Shown here one piece after another: positions 1 through 9,441 of a stretch of 64,000 nucleotides of DNA. Position 1 is the first letter of the stretch. The number at the start of each line of letters is the position of its first letter. The translations under genes and the position numbers were made by a program. Origin of the DNA: an uncultured virus (IMG/VR IMGVR_UViG_3300025000_000008) (taxonomy: Duplodnaviria > Heunggongvirae > Uroviricota > Caudoviricetes); IMG/VR virus record IMGVR_UViG_3300025000_000008; one strand, written 5' to 3'. The notes under the pieces were generated by a model. It did not search any database. It saw only the letters and a list, made by a program, of their open reading frames with translations, and was not told the origin of the DNA.

Positions 1-1827
1 GAGGAAGATGAACTGATATTTCTTGAAAATCAAATTTTCAAAGGGCTCCGCCGCAGGCTCCGGGGATTATCTTTTGAAGAACTTACCCCATACAAAGAAC
101 GAATTGAAATGGAGATGAAATTGATTATCTCCAAGAAATTCGTTCGATACTTCTTGATTGTTTGGGATCTTATCCAATGGTGTCAACAAAATAATATCAT
201 GACGGGGCCAGGCCGTGGATCAGTCGGGGGAAGTTTGGTCGCCTATCTCTTATTTATTACCGACTGCGATCCATTAAAATACGGGACGGAGTTCTTTCGA
301 TTTGTCGATGAATCGAGAGCGGATCTACCAGATATCGATATGGATTTCGAGGATATCCGCCGGGGAGATGTCCGGAAATATCTTTCTGATAAATACGGCG
401 AGTTCAATGTATCGGGCCTTTCCAATTTCCTGACCATGAAAGGAAAGGGCGTACTTCGCGATGTAAGCCGCGTTTTCGATATCCCTTTGCAGGAGGTCGA
501 CTTTGCCGCCAAGGCAATGGTAGAGGCCGACGAAGGGGAAGAGATTGCGAAGTCATTTAAAGAGGTTGATGAGTGCAAAAGATTCGGCCGGAAATATCCT
601 GAAGTTGTTGAAATCTGCAAATCGATTGAAGGGCAGATACGAGGCCATGGCCAACATGCTGCTGGAGTTTGCATTTCAGAAAAGGATCTCCGGGAAGGTC
701 ATAACTGCAACCTCGTTTCCAGAGGCGGTACAATCGTCGCCAACTGGGATATGCGGAATGCTGAATATTGCGGATTGATGAAACTCGATATCCTTGGTCT
801 TTCTGCCCTGACGATCCTGAATGAATGCCGGCGGATGATTAAGCAGAATCACGGGATTGATATCAACTATAAAACGATTACCTTTGATGATCCCCGGGTA
901 TTCAAGGAGATTTCAGAAGGCAATACGGTCGGTGCCTTCCAGATTGGTTCAAATGGGCTGACCAAGTATTGTAAGGATCTCGGGGTCAATAACTTCCAGA
1001 TGCTCTATGCCGTAACCGCCTTGTGGCGTCCAGGGCCAATGCAATCCGGAATGACTGAAGAATACAAAAGGCGGAAACATAAGAAAGCCAAGGTCGAAAA
1101 GATCCATCCCATCTTTGATAAAATCACTGAAGAAACTTTTGGGGTAATTGTTTATCAAGAGCAGGTCATGAAGGCCATCAATCAGCTTGCCGGGATCGGG
1201 ATGCCGACTTGTAATAAGATCCGGAAGGTAATCGGCAAGAGTATGGGGCATGCGGCCTTTGACAAATACAAGAATGAATTCCTGCAGGGATGCAAAAACC
1301 AGGGATTGATAACTGAAAAGAAGGCTATTCAGTTATGGGATATGATGAGCAAGTTCGGTGGTTACGGATTCAACTTGAGTCATTCTGTTGAATATTCCAT
1401 GATTACCTACTGGGATATGTATTCAAAGACATACTACCCGAATGAATTCCTTGCCTCCTGCCTGACCCTTGGGGATAAGACGAAGAACATTGAATACATC
1501 AGGGAAGCCAGGCGACTTGGTTTAAAGATCAATCTTCCCAAGATAGGTATCAGCGATGCAGTAAAATGGAATTGTGATGCCAAGGGAAATCTCTTTGCCC
1601 CATTCATTTCGATTAATGGGGTTGGAGAAAATGTTGCTCAAAAAATCGCAAATGCTCAGGTATCCAGTAAAATAAGAAAAGGCTTTTTCTCGTCATCGCC
1701 AAGCGAAAAGATTCCAGGGGTAAACAAAAATATAACCGCAACCCTGACCGAGATAAAAGCCTTTGATCCGGAGTATGTGACGACAAAGGAAGATTTGAAA
1801 AAGTTTAAACATCTTTTTATATTTTGA
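1..1827 (+). CDS. dnaE: DNA polymerase III alpha subunit (5'-truncated by the window edge)
   Basis: Frame is open from base 1. Motifs GPGRGSVGGSLVAY, PDIDMDF, HAAGV, KLDILGL, YQEQVM, YGFNLSH. Ends after the HhH region with no OB/CTD. Confidence 0.95.
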   Translation, partial: EEDELIFLENQIFKGLRRRLRGLSFEELTPYKERIEMEMKLIISKKFVRYFLIVWDLIQWCQQNNIMTGPGRGSVGGSLVAYLLFITDCDPLKYGTEFFRFVDESRADLPDIDMDFEDIRRGDVRKYLSDKYGEFNVSGLSNFLTMKGKGVLRDVSRVFDIPLQEVDFAAKAMVEADEGEEIAKSFKEVDECKRFGRKYPEVVEICKSIEGQIRGHGQHAAGVCISEKDLREGHNCNLVSRGGTIVANWDMRNAEYCGLMKLDILGLSALTILNECRRMIKQNHGIDINYKTITFDDPRVFKEISEGNTVGAFQIGSNGLTKYCKDLGVNNFQMLYAVTALWRPGPMQSGMTEEYKRRKHKKAKVEKIHPIFDKITEETFGVIVYQEQVMKAINQLAGIGMPTCNKIRKVIGKSMGHAAFDKYKNEFLQGCKNQGLITEKKAIQLWDMMSKFGGYGFNLSHSVEYSMITYWDMYSKTYYPNEFLASCLTLGDKTKNIEYIREARRLGLKINLPKIGISDAVKWNCDAKGNLFAPFISINGVGENVAQKIANAQVSSKIRKGFFSSSPSEKIPGVNKNITATLTEIKAFDPEYVTTKEDLKKFKHLFIF

Positions 1828-1829
1828 TT

Positions 1830-2453
1830 ATGAGAGTTCTTGTTGCTTGTGAAATGTCCGGAATTGTCCGAGATGAATTTTTAAAACTCGGGCATGATGC
1901 CATCTCTTGTGATCTTCAGGATTCGCTTTTGCCGGGGCCACATATAAAAGCGGATATATTCAGTATAATAAATGACGGATGGGATTTACTTCTCGCATAC
2001 CCCCCTTGTACTTATCTTTGTAATTCAGGGGTTCGATGGCTTTATGAAAGGAAGGGGAGAATAATCGATATGGGGTATGCAATTGAATTTTTCAATAATT
2101 TGTTGGATTGTGATATTCCAAAGAAATGTATTGAGAATCCAATTCAACATATGATCGCTCAGAAACTTATTAAAAGGCGACCATCGCAAGTTATTCAACC
2201 ATATCAATTTGGTCATCCTGAAACGAAAGCAACTTGTCTTTGGTTAGAGAATTTACCAAAACTTGAAGAAACGAATAATGTAAAAGAGCAGATGTTATTG
2301 CTTCCAAAAAGCGAAAGAAATAGAATTCATTTTGCAACTGGAATGACAAGAGAAAATCGCTCAATTATGAGGTCATTAACTTATCCAAATATCGCCAAAG
2401 CAAAAGCAGAACAATGGGGCGGTGAATTGAAAACAAAAGGCTTTGGCCTATGA
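1830..2453 (+). CDS. Phage DNA cytosine methyltransferase-like protein
   Basis: MRVLVACEMSG, AYPPCTYL (PC motif), IENP, QPYQFGH, K.TCLWL. Confidence 0.75.
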   Translation: MRVLVACEMSGIVRDEFLKLGHDAISCDLQDSLLPGPHIKADIFSIINDGWDLLLAYPPCTYLCNSGVRWLYERKGRIIDMGYAIEFFNNLLDCDIPKKCIENPIQHMIAQKLIKRRPSQVIQPYQFGHPETKATCLWLENLPKLEETNNVKEQMLLLPKSERNRIHFATGMTRENRSIMRSLTYPNIAKAKAEQWGGELKTKGFGL

Positions 2454-2713
2454 AAGAACTCTACTGGTCCATGAATTGCCGGGATTGCTTCAATTGTAAA
2501 CAGAAGACCTTCAAGCGGTTTACCGATCTCCGGCAATTCACTTATGACAAAGAAATTGTTCTGCGGAAGCAATGGGCCGATAGATTGGAGAATAATGGTC
2601 GGATCGACCTTTTCTGGTGTGCGCTGGAAAAGAATCCGAAAATAAAGGGTATCTCTCCCGGATTAGGTCAGAAGCGCGAGCCGGGTAAATTTTGTGCTTT
2701 TATTGATAATTGA
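2450..2713 (+). CDS. Hypothetical Cys-rich protein
   Basis: ATGA overlap with the upstream gene; CxxCxxC. Confidence 0.6.
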   Translation: MKELYWSMNCRDCFNCKQKTFKRFTDLRQFTYDKEIVLRKQWADRLENNGRIDLFWCALEKNPKIKGISPGLGQKREPGKFCAFIDN

Positions 2714-2722
2714 GGAGCGAAA

Positions 2723-3184
2723 ATGACATCCGTAGTTAAAGAATGGGTCGGCAAACATTGTACCTGGAAGCAACAGACTGTTCTTCTTGCCTCATTTCGG
2801 GGGTGTGATGGATTGCCAAAACATGACCCGAGCAAAGTTTTCACAAAGAAAATGCGCTCAACTCTTCTTAAAAATGCTGATCTTAATAGCACATTTATGG
2901 CTGAATGCGCCTTTGTTTTGAATGATTTGAATAAAGAACCGATAGATGATTTCTTTATCGATTGCTCCAGCGGAAGTATGGATGCATATCCAGTTCATTG
3001 GTTTTTGCACTTGCTTCAGGCTGCTGAAATCGTCGCCTATAAATGTCCAGAAAAATCAATTGCTGAATACTGGAAATATTTTTATCTTTGTGGGATCAAG
3101 GCTATGCATGTAAATCCTGAAACCGAAGAACAACTTGATATAAGATTAGCAGATAAATCACAAGGAGATTTGAATGTCACTTGA
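2723..3184 (+). CDS. Conserved phage hypothetical protein
   Basis: RBS GAGGAG; RGCDG and PVHW..HL..AAEI motifs. Confidence 0.7.
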   Translation: MTSVVKEWVGKHCTWKQQTVLLASFRGCDGLPKHDPSKVFTKKMRSTLLKNADLNSTFMAECAFVLNDLNKEPIDDFFIDCSSGSMDAYPVHWFLHLLQAAEIVAYKCPEKSIAEYWKYFYLCGIKAMHVNPETEEQLDIRLADKSQGDLNVT

Positions 3185-4142
3185 TACGCGAGTCCGCCCC
3201 GGAACCCTGGCGGCAATGGCCGGAAATAAAACTACCAAAGCAGCAGTTGAAAGCCTTTTTGAACGCCGGGAAAACTTTCCCCATGCAATCCTGATTACCG
3301 GACCGACTGGGTGCGGCAAGACGACCCTTGGCCGGATCATTGCCGATATGCTCGGGGCCAAGAGCGATGATTACCGGGAAACGGATAGTGCACAATATAA
3401 TGGGATTGATACCGTTCGGGAAATTCATAATCAAATGCGTTTCAAGCCCCGTCATCCGGAAAGTAAATGTCGAGTATGGCTTTTCGACGAATGCCACCAA
3501 ATTGGCCAAGGTGGAGATAGTGAAAAGAATCGGGCGCAAAGCGGAATGTTGAAAATGCTTGAGGACGCTCCTGACCACGTTTACTTCATCCTCTGTACCA
3601 CCGACCCTCATCGCCTTTTAAAAACCGTCAGGGGGCGTTGTACGACGCTTGAGGTATCCAGATTGGACGAGGATACCATGACCGCCCTCATTAAGAAAAC
3701 TGCCAGGCGGGAAAAAACGGTTATATCCGATGCCGTGACCGAAATGATTGTCGAAAAAGCCGATGGTCACCCCCGGAATGCAATGAAGCTGCTGGAGAAG
3801 GTTATCGGCCTGACTGAAGAGCAAGCGCAGGAAGTAGTTGATGAAGAAGAGCGGTTGCAGTCTGAGGGAATAGAACTTTGCCGGGAACTTCTTTCCATAA
3901 AACCAAACTGGAAAAAAGTGGCGGGGATATTGACCGGGTTAAAAGATCAGGATGAAGAAGGTATCCGCCGGCTGGTTCTTGGGTATTGCAACTCGATCCT
4001 GTTAAAGGGAAATAATTTCAATGCATTCCTCATCATGGATGAGTTCAGCCAGCCGTTTTATGATATTGGGACGCCTGGTTTGACCCTTGCTTGTTATAAA
4101 TCGGTTTTCAACGAAGAAAGAAGTGATGATGTTCCTTTTTAA
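3174..4142 (+). CDS. Clamp-loader AAA+ ATPase (DnaX gamma/tau-like)
   Basis: Walker A GPTGCGKTT, DECH, LKMLEDAP, FILCTT, SRC-like RGRC, GHPRNA. Confidence 0.9.
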   Translation: MSLDTRVRPGTLAAMAGNKTTKAAVESLFERRENFPHAILITGPTGCGKTTLGRIIADMLGAKSDDYRETDSAQYNGIDTVREIHNQMRFKPRHPESKCRVWLFDECHQIGQGGDSEKNRAQSGMLKMLEDAPDHVYFILCTTDPHRLLKTVRGRCTTLEVSRLDEDTMTALIKKTARREKTVISDAVTEMIVEKADGHPRNAMKLLEKVIGLTEEQAQEVVDEEERLQSEGIELCRELLSIKPNWKKVAGILTGLKDQDEEGIRRLVLGYCNSILLKGNNFNAFLIMDEFSQPFYDIGTPGLTLACYKSVFNEERSDDVPF

Positions 4143-4189
4143 AAAATTAGGAGCATTCGAGTATAATAGGTTAGAAGATTTTAAATGAG

Positions 4190-4220
4190 CTTGGTCTTGG
4201 TCTTGGTCTTGGGTCTTGGT
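4190..4220 (+). repeat. Tandem hexamer (CTTGGT)x5, one copy CTTGGGT
   Basis: Read directly; lies between a TATAAT (4162) and the next RBS. Confidence 0.9.
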
Positions 4221-4245
4221 TAAGAATATCCAAAAGGAAATAATT

Positions 4246-4815
4246 ATGGAAGAAACGAAAGAAATTGCTGAAATGTTTGGGCTTGATCCAAACGAATTGG
4301 AAATCAACTTCGACCAACTCGATGTTGAATGGGGCCGGCAGGATAATCTTCTCAATAAGTATCTCAAGGCCTCTGCCTATGCTGAGAAACTGGCCACCAA
4401 GGCCGAAGAAAAAGTGAAATTGACCCGCTCCAAACTGATTCTTGATATCAGTAGCGATCCCGAAGGCTGTCTTGGTAAGGGTCAGAAAGCGACTGGCCCA
4501 ACCATTGAGGCATATTATCGCTGCCACAAGGATCATATTACCGCCAAGGATGAATTGATTGAGGCTTGCCATATCCGGGATTTGATTGTCGGCCAGAAGA
4601 GCCGGGCATATAATCGAAAATCGATCCTTGAAGAAGCCACAAAGCTTTCTCTTGCTGGCTGGTTCTCCGCGCCACTTGTTCCCCGGCCGCTGCAGGAACT
4701 CGTTCAAAAGATCGAAGAGCAGAAAATGAAAGCAACAGATAGAATGATCAGGACCGCCGTAGTTGAAAAACGCCAGGAGAGGAGGGCGAGAAGAAACAGG
4801 GAAATGAATGAATAA
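4246..4815 (+). CDS. UvsY-like recombination mediator (helical)
   Basis: RBS AAGGA; LEIN..QLD.EW..Q, T...IEAY, R...LE..KL...GWFS pattern; sits next to SSB and RecA. Confidence 0.55.
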   Translation: MEETKEIAEMFGLDPNELEINFDQLDVEWGRQDNLLNKYLKASAYAEKLATKAEEKVKLTRSKLILDISSDPEGCLGKGQKATGPTIEAYYRCHKDHITAKDELIEACHIRDLIVGQKSRAYNRKSILEEATKLSLAGWFSAPLVPRPLQELVQKIEEQKMKATDRMIRTAVVEKRQERRARRNREMNE

Positions 4816-4984
4816 CTGGGGGTGGTATTTGATAATTGCGATTTGCGCTTGGATTCTTTTCCCGATCTGGGTACATGTCGTAGTTAGAGCAGCCTCATTT
4901 GCCTGGGCCATTGGCCGGTATGGGGCTTATATTTCAATCGAAAAGGAGATTCAAAAAAATGGCAAGAAGCAAAACAACCCGTAA
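4808..4984 (+). CDS. Small membrane protein (58 aa, not in ORF track)
   Basis: MNNWGWYLIIAICAWILFPIWVHVVVRAASFAW...; overlaps both neighbours. Confidence 0.55.
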   Translation: MNNWGWYLIIAICAWILFPIWVHVVVRAASFAWAIGRYGAYISIEKEIQKNGKKQNNP

Positions 4985-6206
4985 ATATGGCTCGGCTGCG
5001 GCTCGGGCAAAACAAGCAGCCGCCCAGGCCGGACCCGGAGGGGGAGGAGGGACGATGTTTAATATCCCTCAAGGTATCCAATTCTATAAGCCGGAAGAGG
5101 GCAAAGCAACCCTGCGCTTGCTTCCCTATGTCGTAACTGATCCCAAGCATCCTGACGGTGAGATGGCACCGGCTGGCGATATCTGGTATAAGCGGCCGGC
5201 AAAGCGTATCCGGAATATCGGGGTCGAGAAGAAATCCTATATCTCACCCAAGTCCATTGGTAAACCTTGCCCCATTCTCGAATACTACACGGCAGCTAAG
5301 GCTGATCCGAATATTCCGGATAAGGAAGCCAATCGCGCCAAGCCGCAGGATATCGTCCTATATAATGTCCAGGTACTCGATCCAAAGACAAAAGAGTTTT
5401 CTGATCCGATGTTCTTCTTCTACAGCTACCATAATTTTGAAAAGGCGCTGAAGAAAGAACTCCTTGATCCTGATAACGAAGAATATCTGGCCTTCATGGA
5501 TCTGGAAGGTGGCTTTGATATCCGGGTCCGCTGGGAGAAAGAATCTTTCGAAAAGAATGACTTCCTCGTTGCCGGTAATATCTCCTTTATTGAGCGGGAT
5601 GATATCGATGAAGATATCCTTGATCAGGTCGTCAATCTCGATGAATGCCTGGTCATCAAGCCATACAAGGAATTGCAGAACATCTTCCTTGAGATCGATG
5701 ATGACGATGATAATGGTGCGGAAAATGGTGGTGAATCCAAGGAAAAAGAGACTCCAGCCAGTCCCCGCCGTCGGAAATCTGCAGAACCGGAGCCCGAACC
5801 TGAACCCGAGAAATCCAGCCGGCGGAGCCGCAATAAAGAGCCGGAACCTGAACCTGAACCGGAAAAGACCTCTTCAAGGCGACGGAGGCCCGAACCCGAA
5901 CCCGAGAAACCAAAGAAAGATGAATGCCCGCACGGATTCGTTTTCGGGGATGATTGGGATACCAAGCGTAAATGCGAGAAATGTGAGGTATTCGACGCCT
6001 GCGGAAAGGCTTATGATGCAGCCCAGACAAAAGCGGATGACAAACCCGCCGGCAAATCAAAAGGCAAGGCCGCTGGTAAGGATGATGCCAATGAATGCCC
6101 ATCTGGTTATGTTTTCGGCACCGACTGTGATACCAAGAAGGAATGCAATGACTGCCCCAAGTGGGACGAATGTATGGATCGGCAGGAAGAACTGGAAAAA
6201 AAATAA
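4959..6206 (+). CDS. Single-stranded DNA-binding protein (gp32-like) with charged linker and two C-terminal Cys modules
   Basis: RBS AAGGAG; LRLLPY, PCPILE, YNV, F.DLEGGFDIRV; position in the recombination cluster. Confidence 0.7.
   Translation: MARSKTTRKYGSAAARAKQAAAQAGPGGGGGTMFNIPQGIQFYKPEEGKATLRLLPYVVTDPKHPDGEMAPAGDIWYKRPAKRIRNIGVEKKSYISPKSIGKPCPILEYYTAAKADPNIPDKEANRAKPQDIVLYNVQVLDPKTKEFSDPMFFFYSYHNFEKALKKELLDPDNEEYLAFMDLEGGFDIRVRWEKESFEKNDFLVAGNISFIERDDIDEDILDQVVNLDECLVIKPYKELQNIFLEIDDDDDNGAENGGESKEKETPASPRRRKSAEPEPEPEPEKSSRRSRNKEPEPEPEPEKTSSRRRRPEPEPEKPKKDECPHGFVFGDDWDTKRKCEKCEVFDACGKAYDAAQTKADDKPAGKSKGKAAGKDDANECPSGYVFGTDCDTKKECNDCPKWDECMDRQEELEKK
5783..5910 (+). repeat. Intragenic GAACCN repeats encoding three EPEPEP tracts
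   Basis: Read directly. Confidence 0.85.
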
Positions 6207-6234
6207 TCAGTTTTTGCTGACATAACTGTATAAT

Positions 6235-6270
6235 AAAAAGGGGTGGGAGAATAAACTTCCTCCCCTTTTT
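6235..6270 (+). terminator. Rho-independent terminator, possibly bidirectional
   Basis: AAAAAGGGGTGGGAG-aataaa-CTTCCTCCCCTTTTT. Confidence 0.7.
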
Positions 6271-6294
6271 TAATAACTATCAGTTAGGATAATT

Positions 6295-6630
6295 ATGGTA
6301 GATCAAAAACAATCCCCGCCTACTCTCAAGATCGAACGAGAAATAATCAGCGCCTCAGTTTCTAAATCCCAGCGTGAACTCCTTGATCTCGTCGCCCTCA
6401 AGAATGAGACGACCCGCAGCGATATGTTCAGTCGTTTGCTTACTGAGCAAGTTGATGCAAACCAAACCATCCGGGCCATTGCCGAGCGCCTTGTAGCTAA
6501 TTACTGCGAAGCCAATGTCGGGATTGATGTTTATCTCCGGGCCGCAAAAACCTGGCTGGAACAAAAGAAAATAAGCGCATACTACATTGAAAGAATCATT
6601 CAGGAGATAAGGCACCGTTATGAGGCGTAA
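6295..6630 (+). CDS. Ribbon-helix-helix-like DNA-binding protein
   Basis: IISASVS....ELLD.VA.....TRSDMFSRLL pattern. Confidence 0.5.
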   Translation: MVDQKQSPPTLKIEREIISASVSKSQRELLDLVALKNETTRSDMFSRLLTEQVDANQTIRAIAERLVANYCEANVGIDVYLRAAKTWLEQKKISAYYIERIIQEIRHRYEA

Positions 6631-7744
6631 TAATCCATACATCGAAGCGATTGAAAAGAATACCAATGAACCTGTCGAGGCCCCTGAAAAATATGATGGG
6701 GATATCAGCCGGGTAATCTCGACGGGCTCTACTCTTCTTGATCTGGAAATAATGGGGAAGAGAGTCCGAGGTGGTGGAATCCCTGGGGGTATCCTCGTGG
6801 AAGTCTATGGTCCCAACTCAGGCGGCAAGACGGTCCTCATGAGTGAACTTGCCGGGGCAATTCAGCGGCAGAAAGGCAAGGTAAAATTCCTTGATGCCGA
6901 ATCCCGTTTGAGCAAAAAGTTTGCCGAGATTTTTAACTTCAGTGTGGATGATTGTGAATTCGGAATACCAAATCAGGTAGAGGATGCTTTCAAGCCGCTC
7001 ATGACTTGGCAACCCGATGGGCCTGAATGTATCGGTCAATATAATCGTCGTAAAAAGAAATGTCGGGATTGTGGGAATCAGGATGATTGCGAAGCCTTTG
7101 ATTTAAACGATCGTCCGATACATGGCGTATTTATTGATTCCCTGGCCCAGCTTTGCGGAGAACTCGAAAAGGGTGATGAAGAGATTGATAAGCGGGGATC
7201 TGCTAGGGCAAAAGAGTTCAGCCAATGGATGCGGAAACTTGCCCCAAAAATTACGGCCAATAATTGGTTGATTGTCGGCAGCAATCAGATCCGGGATAAC
7301 CAAAAAGCCAAGACGGATTTCGATCCCAAGTATATTACCCCTGGCGGGAATGCGGTCCCCCATGCTTCTTCTCTTCGCCTGGAAATCACACCGGCTTCGA
7401 GGTTGCGGGATGAAAAGACGATCAATGGAAAGAAGGTCTTTGTTGAATATGGTCATTGTTCAAAGGTCAAGATCATTAAGAATACGGTTTCCGGCCAGAA
7501 GGGATCAGCCGAGATACAGATTGTTATTGATTATGGCATAGATGATATTACGGCCAATCTCCAATACCTGAAGAAGTTTACCCCAGGAGGCAAATATTGG
7601 ACCGGGGACGATAGCATTTCGGATGCGGTAGATACTATTGAGCGGGATGATCTGGAAGGGGATCTCCGGGAAGCGGTTATTGATATGTGGGAAAATATCC
7701 AGAGTCAGTTTAAGCGGGAGCGGAAAACAAAAAGGAGAGACTGA
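6620..7744 (+). CDS. recA: RecA/UvsX recombinase with a Cys4 insertion
   Basis: ISTGSTLLD, VEVYGPNSGGKT, FLDAE, IDSLA, NQIRD, TPGGNA, IIKN, YGID. Confidence 0.93.
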   Translation: MRRNNPYIEAIEKNTNEPVEAPEKYDGDISRVISTGSTLLDLEIMGKRVRGGGIPGGILVEVYGPNSGGKTVLMSELAGAIQRQKGKVKFLDAESRLSKKFAEIFNFSVDDCEFGIPNQVEDAFKPLMTWQPDGPECIGQYNRRKKKCRDCGNQDDCEAFDLNDRPIHGVFIDSLAQLCGELEKGDEEIDKRGSARAKEFSQWMRKLAPKITANNWLIVGSNQIRDNQKAKTDFDPKYITPGGNAVPHASSLRLEITPASRLRDEKTINGKKVFVEYGHCSKVKIIKNTVSGQKGSAEIQIVIDYGIDDITANLQYLKKFTPGGKYWTGDDSISDAVDTIERDDLEGDLREAVIDMWENIQSQFKRERKTKRRD

Positions 7745-8172
7745 TGCTATCCAATACCAATCTTAAAATAAATGATGCACTCTATGTCTTCGAAGAAAAA
7801 GCCGAGGCGGTCGCAAAAGAACGTGGGTTAATTGTTATATATCCAAAAAGCAACGAATTATTTCTCGATATCGATACTGAAGAACAAAGAAGTGATTATT
7901 ATCGAAGGAAAGAAGAACTCTTAGATATGATTGATAATTGCCTTTTTGACGGAATTGAAGAAGAAGTAACCCCGTCAAGTAGTGGATATCCTCATTGTCA
8001 TATTGTATTGCAATTATTCAAAGATGGCCGGGCCATTTCTTTAAATGATTGGCAAAGAGTTGCTTTACAATTTGTTCTTTCATCCGATCCGGTTAAAGAA
8101 ATTTTGAGCGTTTATAGAATATTGGCTGATGTAAAAAATCCGTCAATTCTTTTTGAGAAGAAAGAGGGTTAA
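7744..8172 (+). CDS. Hypothetical protein
   Basis: Translationally coupled ORF; LFLDID...SSSG.PH.H. Confidence 0.6.
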   Translation: MLSNTNLKINDALYVFEEKAEAVAKERGLIVIYPKSNELFLDIDTEEQRSDYYRRKEELLDMIDNCLFDGIEEEVTPSSSGYPHCHIVLQLFKDGRAISLNDWQRVALQFVLSSDPVKEILSVYRILADVKNPSILFEKKEG

Positions 8173-8173
8173 A

Positions 8174-8383
8174 ATGATTTCAATAGATGATCCAAAGGGA
8201 TTAATGAAATTAAAATTTCGTTGTCCTCAGTGCGGTGGGTCTTATTTCGGGACAAGTAATGCAGGCAATATTAATTCAACGGGGCATTGTCACACTTATT
8301 TACCAGATGGGAAAAGATGTAATTATACTTGGATACGCAACGAAGAAACGGATGCAAAGCATTTTATTAAAAAAGAGGATTGA
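8174..8383 (+). CDS. Zinc-ribbon protein
   Basis: CPQCGG...C...C; RBS GAGGG. Confidence 0.6.
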   Translation: MISIDDPKGLMKLKFRCPQCGGSYFGTSNAGNINSTGHCHTYLPDGKRCNYTWIRNEETDAKHFIKKED

Positions 8384-8385
8384 TT

Positions 8386-8592
8386 ATGTCGAAAAGAATA
8401 TCTTTTGCCTGCCTGTATCAAAAAGAAATTGATCGACTCAAAACAAAAATGGCGGTTGCTTCAGCCGATGGGATCAAGGCAAAATACTTGGTTGCAGCCC
8501 TCAAGGATGCTATCGATAATGCCGAGAAGGCAAAAGAAGTAGGCAATGAATACGAAATGCTTCAGGCCCACCAGCAGATGAAAATACTATAA
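8386..8592 (+). CDS. Hypothetical protein
   Basis: RBS GAGG; coupled to the next gene. Confidence 0.55.
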   Translation: MSKRISFACLYQKEIDRLKTKMAVASADGIKAKYLVAALKDAIDNAEKAKEVGNEYEMLQAHQQMKIL

Positions 8593-9440
8593 TGAGAATC
8601 CCCAGACCCGCAAAGCACCTCGGCTTCGACGTCAACTTCTTCTGTTGGCGCAGTTTTCATGCAACTGGAGATATGTCATATAATGGAAGCGGAACCGGGG
8701 CGATCAATGGGCTCCTGACTGCCATCTATTTCCATTGCAAGAACTTCGGTATCAACTCCCCTCTCTTTGCCTTTGACTCCCGTAAAAACTATCGTAAACA
8801 GATTTATCCAGGCTATAAGGATCGTCCACCAAAAGACGAAAAGGATGCCGAGAATCGGAAGGAAATCTTCAGACAGATAATCGATATCCGGAAGATCATC
8901 CTGCCAACAATCGGATTCTCCAATATCTATCAGCAGACTGGTATTGAAGCCGACGATATCCTTGCCAAGCTGGTGAGGGATAATCCCCATGAACTTATTG
9001 TCATCACCGCCGATGAGGATCTTTTGCAACTTGTTGACGAGTGTACTTGGTATTCTCCTGCGACAAAAACCTTGATGAATGAAACAACTTTCCGAAAGAA
9101 ATACGAAATCCCCCCTCGGGAATGGGCTTTGGCAAAGGCATTGGCTGGCTGCAACTCCGATAAAATAAAGGGGATAAGCATGGTTGGTATGGCTACCGCC
9201 ATTAAATTCCTGAATGGGAAACTCGGCAAGGAAACTATTGCGTATCAAATCATTGATGAAGAAAAAAGAAAGATGAGAAAGCAGAATGGTATCCTTGTGA
9301 ATCTCCCATTCCCGAAAACAGAATCGGTCGAGATCCGGGAGAATCAATTCAGCCGAGAAGGGTTCGAAGCCATCTGTGATCTGTATAATTTAACAAAACT
9401 TTCAGAAAAAGCTGATGAATGGGAAATGATGTTTAAATAA
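8592..9440 (+). CDS. 5'-3' exonuclease / flap endonuclease (T4 RNase H, PolI N-terminal-like)
   Basis: AFDS...YRK.IYP.YK.R, EADD, TADEDLLQL, ALAG..SDKIKGI..VG. Confidence 0.92.
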   Translation: MRIPRPAKHLGFDVNFFCWRSFHATGDMSYNGSGTGAINGLLTAIYFHCKNFGINSPLFAFDSRKNYRKQIYPGYKDRPPKDEKDAENRKEIFRQIIDIRKIILPTIGFSNIYQQTGIEADDILAKLVRDNPHELIVITADEDLLQLVDECTWYSPATKTLMNETTFRKKYEIPPREWALAKALAGCNSDKIKGISMVGMATAIKFLNGKLGKETIAYQIIDEEKRKMRKQNGILVNLPFPKTESVEIRENQFSREGFEAICDLYNLTKLSEKADEWEMMFK

Positions 9441-9441
9441 T

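Noticed and set aside
5464..6225. 253-aa alternative-frame ORF and antisense ORFs over the SSB gene
   Set aside because: By-products of repetitive, stop-poor codon usage; no RBS or motifs.
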